Origin: a virus
Lineage: Duplodnaviria; Caudoviricetes
DNA length: 64,000 nt
Strand: one strand, 5' to 3'
IMG/VR virus record: IMGVR_UViG_3300037067_011569
Location: 1-64,000 of that record
Below, piece after piece: positions 47,370 through 56,982 of the stretch. The notes beneath the pieces were generated by a model. That model ran no database searches. It worked only from the letters and a program-made list of their open reading frames with translations, and was not told where the DNA came from. The position numbers and the translations under genes are program-made. Position 1 is the first letter of the stretch, and each line of letters starts with the position of its first letter.

Positions 47370-49241
47370 TCAATAATTACCATAAACCTGCTTTTCTTGT
47401 ACGTATATACCAAATATAAAAGAAGTAGTACCTCTTTCTCTGAAATTCTCTATTCCTAAATTCCTACCTGAAAACATCGCCCAACCCGTAGCAAACATTG
47501 AATCATCTTGTATTCCGCCTTTCTCTTCTTTTTCAGGGGAACCAAACCATCTTTTTTCTATATCGTGATCAAATATTTCCATTTCTTCTATCTGTATATC
47601 ACCACTCTTTGACCCCAATACACCTGTAGGTGCTGATTTAAACAAACCTTTTGATACAGAGGAATAAAATTCACCGAATGCTGATCTCTGTCTATCATAA
47701 GTAGGGAATATAAGATCAAACGATATTTCTCTTTCTGTTGCCCAAGGTTCTAAGTCCCATAATCCCCAACGCTCTCCACCTATTGCATCAATCCCATCAT
47801 ATTCAAGATGATATTGATTCAATAGTTCCTTTATGCCTTCCAAAGAGTGGTTTGTTACATCTTCTAAATGTAAACGTATATACATATAGTTAGGAACTAC
47901 ACCTTCTCCGTAAAACATGAAGGGATTTGATCTGCTCCCAGGTAATCCTTTTGCCAAACAAGTAACAATAGTTCTAGCAGAGGATCTGGTTTTCATTGGA
48001 TCTGCACGATCAACCCCTACCAAAATAACCCAATTTGTATCAAACAAATCACCTAACTTTTTCAAGTCTTCTATGGTTGCTGCTTGATTTTCATACCCAT
48101 TATTTAGTTGATAGTACTTAGAAATCCTGCCAAATCTCTTCTCTATGTCATGTAACAATGCCTCATTGCTTGCTCTTGCATCAATATCTTTAACTTCAAG
48201 GTCACTTATCTGCTGCAACATCCTATTTTTTTCTTCAAGCAACTCAATTACCTTATCTTGACTGCCAAGATGTCCATCAACAGAGTAAATAGACATTGCC
48301 TCTATCATTTCGTCCGAAAAAACACGAACTTTTCCTGCTGACCACAAGTTCTTAAAGAACTTTTCAAACTCACCAAAAGGAAACTTGACTTTGTAGCCGT
48401 CAAGTTCCTCTTGCGTCATGTTTGGATGCCACCAATCGTTTTGATTCCCTTCTTCTGAGTACCTATACGAATAAAATATGTTCTCTGTACCAGGTTTTTT
48501 CTCTACTTTGTCTCTCCACATAGCATAAAGAGGATGTTGCTTTGGTGAAACGGTAGAATCTATTACACCAAGAGCATTTGCAATAGTACGAATAGAACCG
48601 TCAAGCTCCACAAAAAACTTTGGATTCTTCATGGAGAACATTTCAGAGAATGTGTAACCCGTAATATTTGAAACAATCCCTGAAAAACTAGACAATGCTC
48701 TTATTGTACTAACTATTCCCCCTCTTTTATCTCTCAAAGTTATGGATTTTTGTTGCACATTCTTCCAACCAACAATGCCCAATAGTCTTGGTGAGTTCTT
48801 CACTATATCAGACATAACATCAAAGTGGACAAACTTAATCTGATCTTTGCTATTTGCACCAAGAACTATATCTTGTTTAGGCCAACAAAAGAACTTCCAT
48901 AACTGTATAAGACAAGCAAGGAACGATTTACCTTCACCTCGCATCCAACAAAAAATGAGAAGTCTGTAAACAAACCTCCCATTCTCCATCTTCAAAGCTT
49001 CTCGGACAAGCTTCTTTTGTTCATCCCACATTTGCTTATAACTTCTACCTGTCTTAGGATTTGGTGTATCAGGCAGGGAATGAACTGGTACCCATCTCGC
49101 AATATCAGAGCCTTCAGGGTATATTTTGATACAAACATTTTCTTCACACCAATATATAAAACCTTCTGCTCCATCTCTATACTTCTGAAGTTTTGTAAGT
49201 TCTGGTTTCTTGATATTTCTTCTTCTCACGATGGGTATCAT
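47370..49241 (-). CDS. terL: terminase large subunit
   Basis: Walker A MRGEGKS, C-terminal nuclease GVDRAD ... QDDSMFA. Confidence 0.88.
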   Translation of the reverse strand: MIPIVRRRNIKKPELTKLQKYRDGAEGFIYWCEENVCIKIYPEGSDIARWVPVHSLPDTPNPKTGRSYKQMWDEQKKLVREALKMENGRFVYRLLIFCWMRGEGKSFLACLIQLWKFFCWPKQDIVLGANSKDQIKFVHFDVMSDIVKNSPRLLGIVGWKNVQQKSITLRDKRGGIVSTIRALSSFSGIVSNITGYTFSEMFSMKNPKFFVELDGSIRTIANALGVIDSTVSPKQHPLYAMWRDKVEKKPGTENIFYSYRYSEEGNQNDWWHPNMTQEELDGYKVKFPFGEFEKFFKNLWSAGKVRVFSDEMIEAMSIYSVDGHLGSQDKVIELLEEKNRMLQQISDLEVKDIDARASNEALLHDIEKRFGRISKYYQLNNGYENQAATIEDLKKLGDLFDTNWVILVGVDRADPMKTRSSARTIVTCLAKGLPGSRSNPFMFYGEGVVPNYMYIRLHLEDVTNHSLEGIKELLNQYHLEYDGIDAIGGERWGLWDLEPWATEREISFDLIFPTYDRQRSAFGEFYSSVSKGLFKSAPTGVLGSKSGDIQIEEMEIFDHDIEKRWFGSPEKEEKGGIQDDSMFATGWAMFSGRNLGIENFRERGTTSFIFGIYVQEKQVYGNY

Positions 49242-49243
49242 AA

Positions 49244-49894
49244 TTACTTCCCGTTATTCAAAGAAGTTTTGAAGTTCATACTAAAAGGATCTCCTACAGG
49301 CTCAGTTTCTTTCATTAATTCTGATACATAATCATTATCATCATTGCTTCCACTGCTTCCTAGATCAAGCAATTCCTTCTCTTTTTTCTTCATCAAATCT
49401 GTCAATCCTGCTACTGATTTTGGATCTATGGCTAGTTTCTCAGCAGTGTAGTAAATTGCTTTCATTGTTTCTCTGATCTCTTTAAATATTGGATGAACGT
49501 ACTTGCTTTTTCCTACACATATAATATCTTCTAATCCAAGACCTGCTTCAACAAGTTTGAACTTACACAATTGAACAAACAAAGGTGTAAGATGCATACC
49601 AAAACCATATAGTTGAAATTGATCCCATTCTTCCGCATATGCTTTCAACAATGTATTGGATGCAGTCTTAACATATTGCATCTGGACAGTACATTTATGT
49701 TCATTGGTTTTGTTTTCTGCTGGACATCTTTCGTAGACAGGACATTCTTCTACAGCACAAACTCCCACAATATCCCATGATACTAAAGTTTTTCCTGCAA
49801 AGATTCCCCCATGAAATCCAAGTTCCCCAAATTTTCTTTCAAAGCGATCTGGTAATTTACTTCTTCTGTTTTTGCTAATCATTTCTTTCTCCAT
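49244..49894 (-). CDS. putative terminase small subunit
   Basis: Immediately upstream of terL; Cys cluster, acidic tail. Confidence 0.55.
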   Translation of the reverse strand: MEKEMISKNRRSKLPDRFERKFGELGFHGGIFAGKTLVSWDIVGVCAVEECPVYERCPAENKTNEHKCTVQMQYVKTASNTLLKAYAEEWDQFQLYGFGMHLTPLFVQLCKFKLVEAGLGLEDIICVGKSKYVHPIFKEIRETMKAIYYTAEKLAIDPKSVAGLTDLMKKKEKELLDLGSSGSNDDNDYVSELMKETEPVGDPFSMNFKTSLNNGK

Positions 49895-50011
49895 ACTTAA
49901 ATTTTATCTATGACAGATCCTGACATTTTTCAGCATTGAATTAAAAAATCCAAATGTCAATACAAAAAAGTGAATAAAAAGTAAGAAAAATGTGCTATAC
50001 ATGTAATAACA

Positions 50012-50449
50012 ATGCAATTAACTTATTACATGGGGGATACATTGAAAAAGGAAAGTAAGTTAATAAAGCATGGGCACACAAGAGGTGGCATAGAATCAAT
50101 CGAGTACAGAACATATTCAGGGATGAAGAACAAGTGTTGTAATCCAAATTATGTCAGATACGATCTTTATGGAGGAAGAGGAATCACTATTTGCGAAGAA
50201 TGGATGAATTCATTTGAACAATTCCTTATTGATCTAGGACCAATGCCTGATGGTGCAGTACTTGGCAGAATTGATGAAAACAAAAACTTTGATCCTGAAA
50301 ATGCTAGATGGATGAGTAAGGGAGATTATATAAGATCACTTCCTTCTTCTTTTGGTTATAGAAAACATCCCAGAATGTCTGCAAAGAAAAGAAAGCTCCA
50401 AGAGATGCTTGCACTTATTCCAATTAAAAGGAGAAACAATGGTAACTGA
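50012..50449 (+). CDS. HNH-related endonuclease-like protein
   Basis: KHGHT..EY.TY..MK..C.NPN...Y.LYGGRGITICEEW...LGRID. Confidence 0.75.
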   Translation: MQLTYYMGDTLKKESKLIKHGHTRGGIESIEYRTYSGMKNKCCNPNYVRYDLYGGRGITICEEWMNSFEQFLIDLGPMPDGAVLGRIDENKNFDPENARWMSKGDYIRSLPSSFGYRKHPRMSAKKRKLQEMLALIPIKRRNNGN

Positions 50450-50669
50450 AGAAGAAGTACTGAAGAAGATAGAAGAACTTGAGGTAGTAAAAAAGATATA
50501 CGAAAAAGAAAGAGCCAATGCAGACATAGAAAGGTACTTTGATTTTTACAACACAAGACTTTCTATAATAGAGGAACACATAACCATGTTGAATTGGTTT
50601 ATTGGTAAAGTAAGTAGTTTTGAACTCCATTGGGAAAACAAAGAATGGTTAACTTTACAAAGGATGTAG
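50439..50669 (+). CDS. hypothetical protein
   Basis: AGGAG RBS, ATG at 50439. Confidence 0.65.
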   Translation: MVTEEEVLKKIEELEVVKKIYEKERANADIERYFDFYNTRLSIIEEHITMLNWFIGKVSSFELHWENKEWLTLQRM

Positions 50670-50670
50670 A

Positions 50671-50871
50671 ATGAGAAAAAGAAAATTTTCTTCATATCTA
50701 CCTAATGTCTGTGGAATATGTAATAAAAGAATAACCTTTGACAACCAAAGAACATACGTTACAGGTGAATCAGGATCAAGAGATTACTTTGCACATGTAG
50801 ATTGTATCAGAAAAGAAGAATCCATAGCAGGAAACTATAAGCCTTTAACTCACAACACAGAAAGAGAGTAA
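50671..50871 (+). CDS. small Zn-binding hypothetical protein
   Basis: CGIC...HVDC. Confidence 0.6.
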   Translation: MRKRKFSSYLPNVCGICNKRITFDNQRTYVTGESGSRDYFAHVDCIRKEESIAGNYKPLTHNTERE

Positions 50872-50875
50872 AGAT

Positions 50876-51220
50876 ATGCCTACTAGAAACATTCTTTCTT
50901 ACGGAACACATCCCCCACCAAAGATTGATTACGAAGGTCAATGGTTTCTCAGAGCTATAAAACATGAAGCTAAAAGACTTGAAAAGAAATACAACCATAA
51001 ACCTAAATACATTCTTATGGATCAAACCACTTATCACCACATAAGAATGTACCTTCTTTCTATCAACCTGGAACATGAAACCCATAGATTCTACCCAGAC
51101 CAATTATGGGACATGAAAATAGTTATCTATCCGATAAAAGACAGAACCATACTCAAGTTAGTAAGAACACCTGTACAGGAAGTGTGCTACCCAAATGATA
51201 ACACTAAGGAGTACATATGA
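50876..51220 (+). CDS. hypothetical protein
   Basis: ORF track, coupled genes. Confidence 0.6.
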   Translation: MPTRNILSYGTHPPPKIDYEGQWFLRAIKHEAKRLEKKYNHKPKYILMDQTTYHHIRMYLLSINLEHETHRFYPDQLWDMKIVIYPIKDRTILKLVRTPVQEVCYPNDNTKEYI

Positions 51221-51489
51221 CTTTCACCACCTTCATTATTTGTCCCAGCAATGATATTTATAACCTGTACCTAAAGTCATTAAACATTAAAACCAAAGAA
51301 GAGAAACAAAGTTACCAAAGACTTACAGAGAAAGATCAATTAAATGGTTATGGTAATTTCAATGTAATTGTCATAGAATCAAATCACCAATACTTTACTT
51401 TTGAGAAAACAGTTAGGATATTAAAATACGTAAACTACCTTCAATCTTTAAAAGCTATCTCACCAATAAAAAGAATCACCAAGTTTTAG
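51217..51489 (+). CDS. hypothetical protein
   Basis: AGGAG RBS. Confidence 0.6.
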   Translation: MTFTTFIICPSNDIYNLYLKSLNIKTKEEKQSYQRLTEKDQLNGYGNFNVIVIESNHQYFTFEKTVRILKYVNYLQSLKAISPIKRITKF

Positions 51490-51493
51490 TATC

Positions 51494-51557
51494 TGTTTTA
51501 TCTGGAGCTTGTAGGGATTTAATAAAAGATTAGTTCCTTACAGTTCCAGATAAAACA
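51494..51557 (+). terminator. long hairpin directly after the last gene of the 50-51.5 kb cluster
   Basis: TGTTTTATCTGGA/TCCAGATAAAACA arms plus inner TGTAGGGA/TCCTTACA. Confidence 0.55.
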
Positions 51558-52250
51558 ATAACAAGGTTTCTATTCAGCAATGATAACAATTAATTCCCTT
51601 CCTCTTTTAACAATCATTATCTTGGTTCTTATTCAATATATATACCTTATAATTCCCTTCTAAATAAATCAATCCCAAAACACAAAATGATGTTTTAGAC
51701 TACTCTAACTAAGACTTTTACACACTAAAATCATCACTGGAACTAACAGGAATTAATTGCAATAAAGCTTTAATAAGAACCAAATAAGTTTGGTTCTTAT
51801 CTTTTCTATTCAAATACTTATTCAGTAAAGTTCCTTAGTTTTTATATAATTATTGGCACTAAAAAATAAAAACAGTAAAAAATCAGGACATAATAAACAT
51901 CACTGTAGAGTCTACTTTTAGACTACTCTGATTAAACAAAGATAAGATAAATAAATCATAGCATCCCTGTATCAGGGATTAAGTTTAAATCAAATGGAAG
52001 TTCTAACTGTAGTAAAAATACTATTTTCAAAAATAAAAAGTCCCAAAATAAAAAGAAGGAAAACATAGTAAATAGAAAAGGGAGGGGGTAGGTTGGTAGT
52101 AGATAAAATAAAAGATTCAGTAAGAAAAAGAGTAGTAAGAATATAAAGCAGAGTTGTTCCCCTTGTTGGTAAGTAAAGTTTATTATTGTTCATTTTATTG
52201 GGAGTAGTTAGAAGAAAGTATATGCATAAATGGGAGGAGTTAGTTTGATT

Positions 52251-52344
52251 GTTATTTTGCCGGGAATAATTATGTAATTAAAATTGGTTTTATATGTAGT
52301 AAGGAAAAGTATTTTATGTAGTTATTTTATTGGGAATAATTATG
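52251..52344 (+). repeat. 24-mer direct repeat GTTATTTTnnnGGGAATAATTATG x2, 70-bp period
   Basis: 52251-52274 vs 52321-52344, 21/24 identical. Confidence 0.8.
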
Positions 52345-54343
52345 ATCGGTACCCCCGTGCTGCTGTCTGTCCATTTCTTTTGAGATAGAACGAGGGGGTA
52401 TCTCTTTATCTAATCATTTCAATAGTTTAGCTGATATAGCGTCTGATATTGTATGTTATGTAAACTTGTAATGATATCGCATAGTTAGCTATGCTTATGT
52501 TTTCTGATTACAATAAGTGCATATACACTAACTATATAAGCGCAAAGCATGATATCGCTCGCTTTGCTCGCTTACAGTGCAACGCTTCGCTCGCTTTGCT
52601 CGCTGTAGTCGCTTGTCTTACTTCGCTTGTTGTAGTCGATTACAGCAACTTGTCTTTGTCTTCACTACTCGCTTTATTCACTCTTACAATTCGCTTTGTT
52701 TTCAATATTATTTACTCTATCATTATCACAATTGTTAACAATGTTGTTAAAAGTGACAAAAATTGTCACTCGGTTACAGTCTACATCACATGATATAGTG
52801 TTTCTATCTTGATACAACACTTGACAAAATGTGATAAGTTCTTTTCTGTTTTTAACTAAATAACATCACTTTCCTGATATAGTTTAACGATATATAGTAA
52901 TAATTATGACAATAATCATTCTTCAATCAACGATCGGCTATGCAAACGAAGTAGAGTACACTCTCAATTTTGCTCTGCTCAAAATGCTTAAAAACGATGT
53001 TAGAATCAATATTCAACTTTTTGCATATAAGCTTTTGAGTGAAGAGATTGTTAACAATGTTGTTTATGAAAGTAGTCTACTTTTTACTGTTTTCAATATT
53101 GTTAAAGATATTGTTAACAATTTGCTACTTACTGTATAAAACTACTTTTTCTTACTATTCTGATTAGACTGATTTAGTTCTCTTTTCAGTACAGTACAAA
53201 AAGTAAGTAGAATAAGAATTTTGCAAAGTACTTTGATTTATCTGTTTTTTCTTACTTTATTGATTTTACTTGTTTTGCTTTAATCTATACTGAATCTATA
53301 GAGTAAGTGCTACAAGACGTTTTAACGCACGCTAGAACACGAATTATGAACTATGCAGTACAATGCTTTTCATTATGCTGCATCGTTTCTGCATAAGCTT
53401 TTGAGTGCTTTCTTAAGAATGATTCTCTTTTGCACAGTTTTATGTGCAATGCACTGTTTTATGTGCAATTTCTTGATTCTTTAGTTATCTCAATAAGTTA
53501 AGTATGTTTTCGAGTAAAAAATTGCACATGTTTATGTGCAATGACGAATAATTCTTCTATTCTGAACTAGTAAAAATGAACTTATTTTTACGAGTAAAAA
53601 TAATGCTTTATCTTCTTTTTTGTTTCTAAAAGCGGGTATAGCATAAAATTTGCATTCTCTTTTGTTCGTGCTGACATATAGTCAGAGACTCTGAAAGTAA
53701 AAGCTCATGAGAAATAGAGTGAAGAGACTTTGAACGAAGTCTCAACTTTCAGAGAAAGCGAATAACTGCTAAATTCTTTCTCGTTTGACTGTAGAGTGAC
53801 TACAGACAAGTTGAGTAGCAGTGAAGAGCAACAGTGAACGCATTGCGTTTTTCGTGTGCTGACTAGTGAAGAGAAAGCACAAGCGCAACTATGTAAAACG
53901 TGTGAGTAGACTAAACACGTTGCGTAAATCAGATTCAAAGACTGTTGTAGTTATGCGAAAGACAAGAGAATTTAGCTTATCACTTTCGAAGTAGCATGCT
54001 GAATCTAAGCATTGCGAAATTGACAATTTAATCTGATTAACAAAAAGCAAATAGCTTGTTCTTGTGCTATTGCTATGCGAGTTAAAGCATAGATTGCACA
54101 AAGCGAATAGAAAGCTAGTGCTTAGTCTTTTATTGCTGCTATGCAGATATGTCATTATTACAGACTATAGGGTAAGAACTATAGATAATGATTAAACGTC
54201 TTTACTCTGCTATTCGCATAGATAAGATAATAAATCGAATCTAAAGCATAAAAGACTGATTAAAATACATAACAAGAGCATTTATACTTTATGCTTTTTG
54301 CTAATCAGATTTTCTCTTTTCTCTTTTCTCTTGACTCGTAACA

Positions 54344-54377
54344 AAAAGAGATAGTAGCAATTGCTACTATCTCTTTT
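54344..54377. repeat. 34-bp perfect palindrome AAAAGAGATAGTAGCAATTGCTACTATCTCTTTT
   Basis: Checked base by base. Confidence 0.95.
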
Positions 54378-54410
54378 CAATATGCAGAGTAAGAAAGTAG
54401 AGCAAATATC

Positions 54411-54593
54411 ATGTTAAAAGACAGAATATTAAATGCTACAAGAGATTTTCTTAATGCAAAGAATTCTAGTAGACTACTTATCAGCAATTTTGAAAATGAA
54501 ATTGCTGTATGTAAGAATTTTAATGAATACAAAGAAAACAAAGAACTAAAAGAACTTGAATCACTTATTAATAAGTTCAAGTCAATTCTTTAA
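54411..54593 (+). CDS. hypothetical early protein (no Gly/Pro/Trp)
   Basis: ORF with purine-rich, GG-free leader. Confidence 0.6.
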   Translation: MLKDRILNATRDFLNAKNSSRLLISNFENEIAVCKNFNEYKENKELKELESLINKFKSIL

Positions 54594-54666
54594 TCTTACA
54601 TACTCTGCATGTTGATAAGAGATAGATTGCAATGACTTCTATCAGTCTTTTAAGACTAGAAAGAGA

Positions 54667-54888
54667 GTGAAGAATTTGATTATTCGAGTATCTGATACTT
54701 TCAAGTCTAATCTTAGAAATAGCATAGATAGACTTGAAAATCGTAGCAAAGTAGAACTTGAGAAAGATTTTTTTGACAAGTTCACTTATGCACAAGATAG
54801 TTGTGTTGCATGTAATTCTGATTTAAAAGACTTTTCTAGCTTTTATTGTCATGAATGCGAGAAAGTGATTGCTAAACTGAAGAGATAA
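54667..54888 (+). CDS. hypothetical early protein with CxxC..CxxC (no Gly/Pro/Trp)
   Basis: CVAC...CHEC; GTG start after AGAAAGAGA. Confidence 0.65.
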   Translation: MKNLIIRVSDTFKSNLRNSIDRLENRSKVELEKDFFDKFTYAQDSCVACNSDLKDFSSFYCHECEKVIAKLKR

Positions 54889-54929
54889 GTGCTTTTAACT
54901 TCTAACGTCAAAAGAAAGAGAGAAAAATC

Positions 54930-55391
54930 ATGAAAACGAGAACTGTAGTTCTGAGAAAGAAAAACAATGTCGTTTCTACTGTCAATGCAATTGACAGTGA
55001 TGCACTTGCAATATTTGAAGACAAAAAAGCCTTCATTGCAATGAAGGCTTTGAAAAGTGCAACTGATTTACTTGAAGAGAGGCGTGCAACACACTATGCG
55101 AACAAGTACGAGATTGCACGTGAAGTTGTGAAGAGTGTAGTGAAGAGCAACAAAAGAGCAAAGTCAGAAAAACATGCGTGCGTTAGTTATATTGAATCAC
55201 TGATCGAACAAGCACGCTATACACACAAAGAGATACTTGCTAGTGCATGCGTAATGTTTTCTGATTTAGCACGAATCACGATTGCAACGTATCTTTCAGA
55301 CTCGAAAAACCCATCTGAAAAATACGGATTCAGACGACATAAGTTCTCAAGACTTGCGAAAACTGACAGCAACAAAGTTATGCATTATTAG
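54930..55391 (+). CDS. putative DNA-binding protein; C-domain paralogous to 57560-58261
   Basis: YIESLI..T.KEI..RITI.TY.SDSKNPSEKYG shared. Confidence 0.8.
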   Translation: MKTRTVVLRKKNNVVSTVNAIDSDALAIFEDKKAFIAMKALKSATDLLEERRATHYANKYEIAREVVKSVVKSNKRAKSEKHACVSYIESLIEQARYTHKEILASACVMFSDLARITIATYLSDSKNPSEKYGFRRHKFSRLAKTDSNKVMHY

Positions 55392-55398
55392 CAGCTAG

Positions 55399-55438
55399 TG
55401 CAGTCAGCTAGAGCATTCGTGTTCTGACTGACTGCATT
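55399..55438 (+). terminator. hairpin with TTCG loop after 54930-55391
   Basis: GTGCAGTCAG..AGAGCA-TTCG-TGTTCT..CTGACTGCAT. Confidence 0.5.
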
Positions 55439-55734
55439 ATGATGCATGTAATGTATTTTGAGAAAAGAGAACAAAAGCTAATAATATCAGTGATTTAGCT
55501 TGTCATTGACATTGTAGAGCAATGGTAGACTCTTTTTGCACTTTTTGGGGAAGAATCTGCATTGCAGAACTATGGACAAATCACTGAAACGATTAGCTAT
55601 ATACAGAATTGTCAGCTATTTTGGAGATTAGTGCTGCATACAGAATTTCTGGGTGTTTCTGAGATAAATTGGAACATACAGCAAATTGGGGTATTTTTGG
55701 AGTTAATTTAATTTCAAGAGAGAAGGAGAAAAAC

Positions 55735-55881
55735 ATGGTACTTTATTTTAATGTGCAATGTGTAGAGTGTAATTTGTGGATGAAAGAAAGTAAAGAAAGT
55801 AATCTTTCGCAGGTGGCGAGGTACACCTGCACTAAATGTGGTAAAGTTGTAGAAGTATCTTTGGATATAGATGCAGATTAG
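55735..55881 (+). CDS. Zn-ribbon small protein
   Basis: CVEC..CTKC; leader motif. Confidence 0.7.
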   Translation: MVLYFNVQCVECNLWMKESKESNLSQVARYTCTKCGKVVEVSLDIDAD

Positions 55882-55975
55882 CAAAATGTGGAGTGTTGTG
55901 TTCTTTGGATACAACATTTCACTTGTGCTAGTGTGCTTTGGAGTTAATCTACTGACAAGAGAGAAGGAGAAAATT

Positions 55976-56092
55976 ATGAAATTTAAGGTAAAAGTGTTGT
56001 TCGAGAAAAAATGGATGTTTGTTTCTGGAACTAAAGAAGAATTGGAAATTTTCTTCGACATATTCCAGATTGAAAGGTTTGCTCTCTGCTAA
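55976..56092 (+). CDS. 38-aa peptide
   Basis: Leader motif + ATG. Confidence 0.6.
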   Translation: MKFKVKVLFEKKWMFVSGTKEELEIFFDIFQIERFALC

Positions 56093-56279
56093 TTGCGGAG
56101 GTGTATCATGAAAAGTTGGTGCCAACATCATGGAAACGAACTTCATGTATACTGCAAACTTAGCTATTTTCTGGGGAAAAAGCTTTCAAGGAAAATAGCT
56201 AAGTTTTGGGGGAAAACTTTTCTTTACAGGAATTTCATTTATTAGTCGGAGGATTAGAAGGACGTATGAAATATCAAAT

Positions 56280-56309
56280 TTGTAGATTGAATGTCTGGAA
56301 AGCTATAAT
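56280..56309 (+). promoter_or_regulatory. possible sigma70 promoter TTGTAG-N18-TATAAT
   Basis: Perfect -10; lies within a hairpin. Confidence 0.3.
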
Positions 56310-56389
56310 CCAGACATTCTGTATACAAGTCTGATAGTAGGATGAAGTGATTTTGATCTAAACTTAAAACAAGAGAGAAGAGAGAAAAA

Positions 56390-56635
56390 ATGGGAAGTTT
56401 CGTAATTAATCACGGGGTAGAATTTGATGTGGATGAAAATTTTGTGGAACTCTTTTCAAGAAGAGAAGATGGAAGAATCATTCTGCAAATTCGGGAACTG
56501 GAACAATTAGTAAAAATGGCAAAAGCAATGAATCAGGAAGAATATGTGTTATTTGAGGAGGATGAAAAAGAAAGTCAATTTTGTACGATGGAAAACGGTG
56601 TTCTCTGTCACGGTTGCGGGGAATGTGAGAAATAA
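56390..56635 (+). CDS. acidic hypothetical protein with C-terminal Cys cluster
   Basis: Leader motif; C..C..C..C. Confidence 0.75.
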   Translation: MGSFVINHGVEFDVDENFVELFSRREDGRIILQIRELEQLVKMAKAMNQEEYVLFEEDEKESQFCTMENGVLCHGCGECEK

Positions 56636-56727
56636 CTATTGAACAATGGTGAAAGGTGTTATTTGAGGAAAATGACATCTTTCTTGGTTGTTTGGTAGAA
56701 AACAATTAAACAAGAGAGGAGAGAGAA

Positions 56728-56982
56728 ATGGTTGAATTAAAAGTAGAAGTTTTAACATTGTCCAAAAAAGTGGCGGAGTACATTCCAATTCTTCATCTCG
56801 GAATGAAAGAAGAAGATTTGGCATGGTGGGACAATGCAGAAGGTTTAGGAGTTGTTTTCAATGCAAAAGGATTGTCTTTTGCATATGGAAATTCAGAAGC
56901 TATTCTTCTGAAAAAAGAAGGCAAGTATGCTTGGACTGTTTTTAGAAGTAACCGAGGATTGGACTCAATTATTCTGAAATAG
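56728..56982 (+). CDS. hypothetical protein
   Basis: Leader motif. Confidence 0.75.
   Translation: MVELKVEVLTLSKKVAEYIPILHLGMKEEDLAWWDNAEGLGVVFNAKGLSFAYGNSEAILLKKEGKYAWTVFRSNRGLDSIILK

Larger units (their letters stand above)
52401..55520. other. GG/CC-dinucleotide-depleted zone
   Basis: Line-by-line manual scan: about 9 GG and 4 CC in ~3.1 kb, while CG/GC are common. Confidence 0.92.

Noticed and set aside
47370-49241. Intein or intron in terL, portal or RecA
   Set aside because: Lengths are ordinary and no C1/HN splice motifs or LAGLIDADG inserts were seen.
13357-49241. Contractile-tail (myovirus) interpretation
   Set aside because: No sheath or baseplate-wedge genes; the tube, G/GT chaperone, long TMP and M-L-K-I/J order is siphovirus-like.
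51990-52193. Minus-strand hydrophobic ORF
   Set aside because: Product of the A/G-rich skewed tract; no RBS and no neighbouring operon.
52491-53139. ORFs 52491-52793 and 52906-53139
   Set aside because: No RBS, they overlap simple repeats (TCGCTCGCTT) and have odd composition; cannot be supported, though not excluded.
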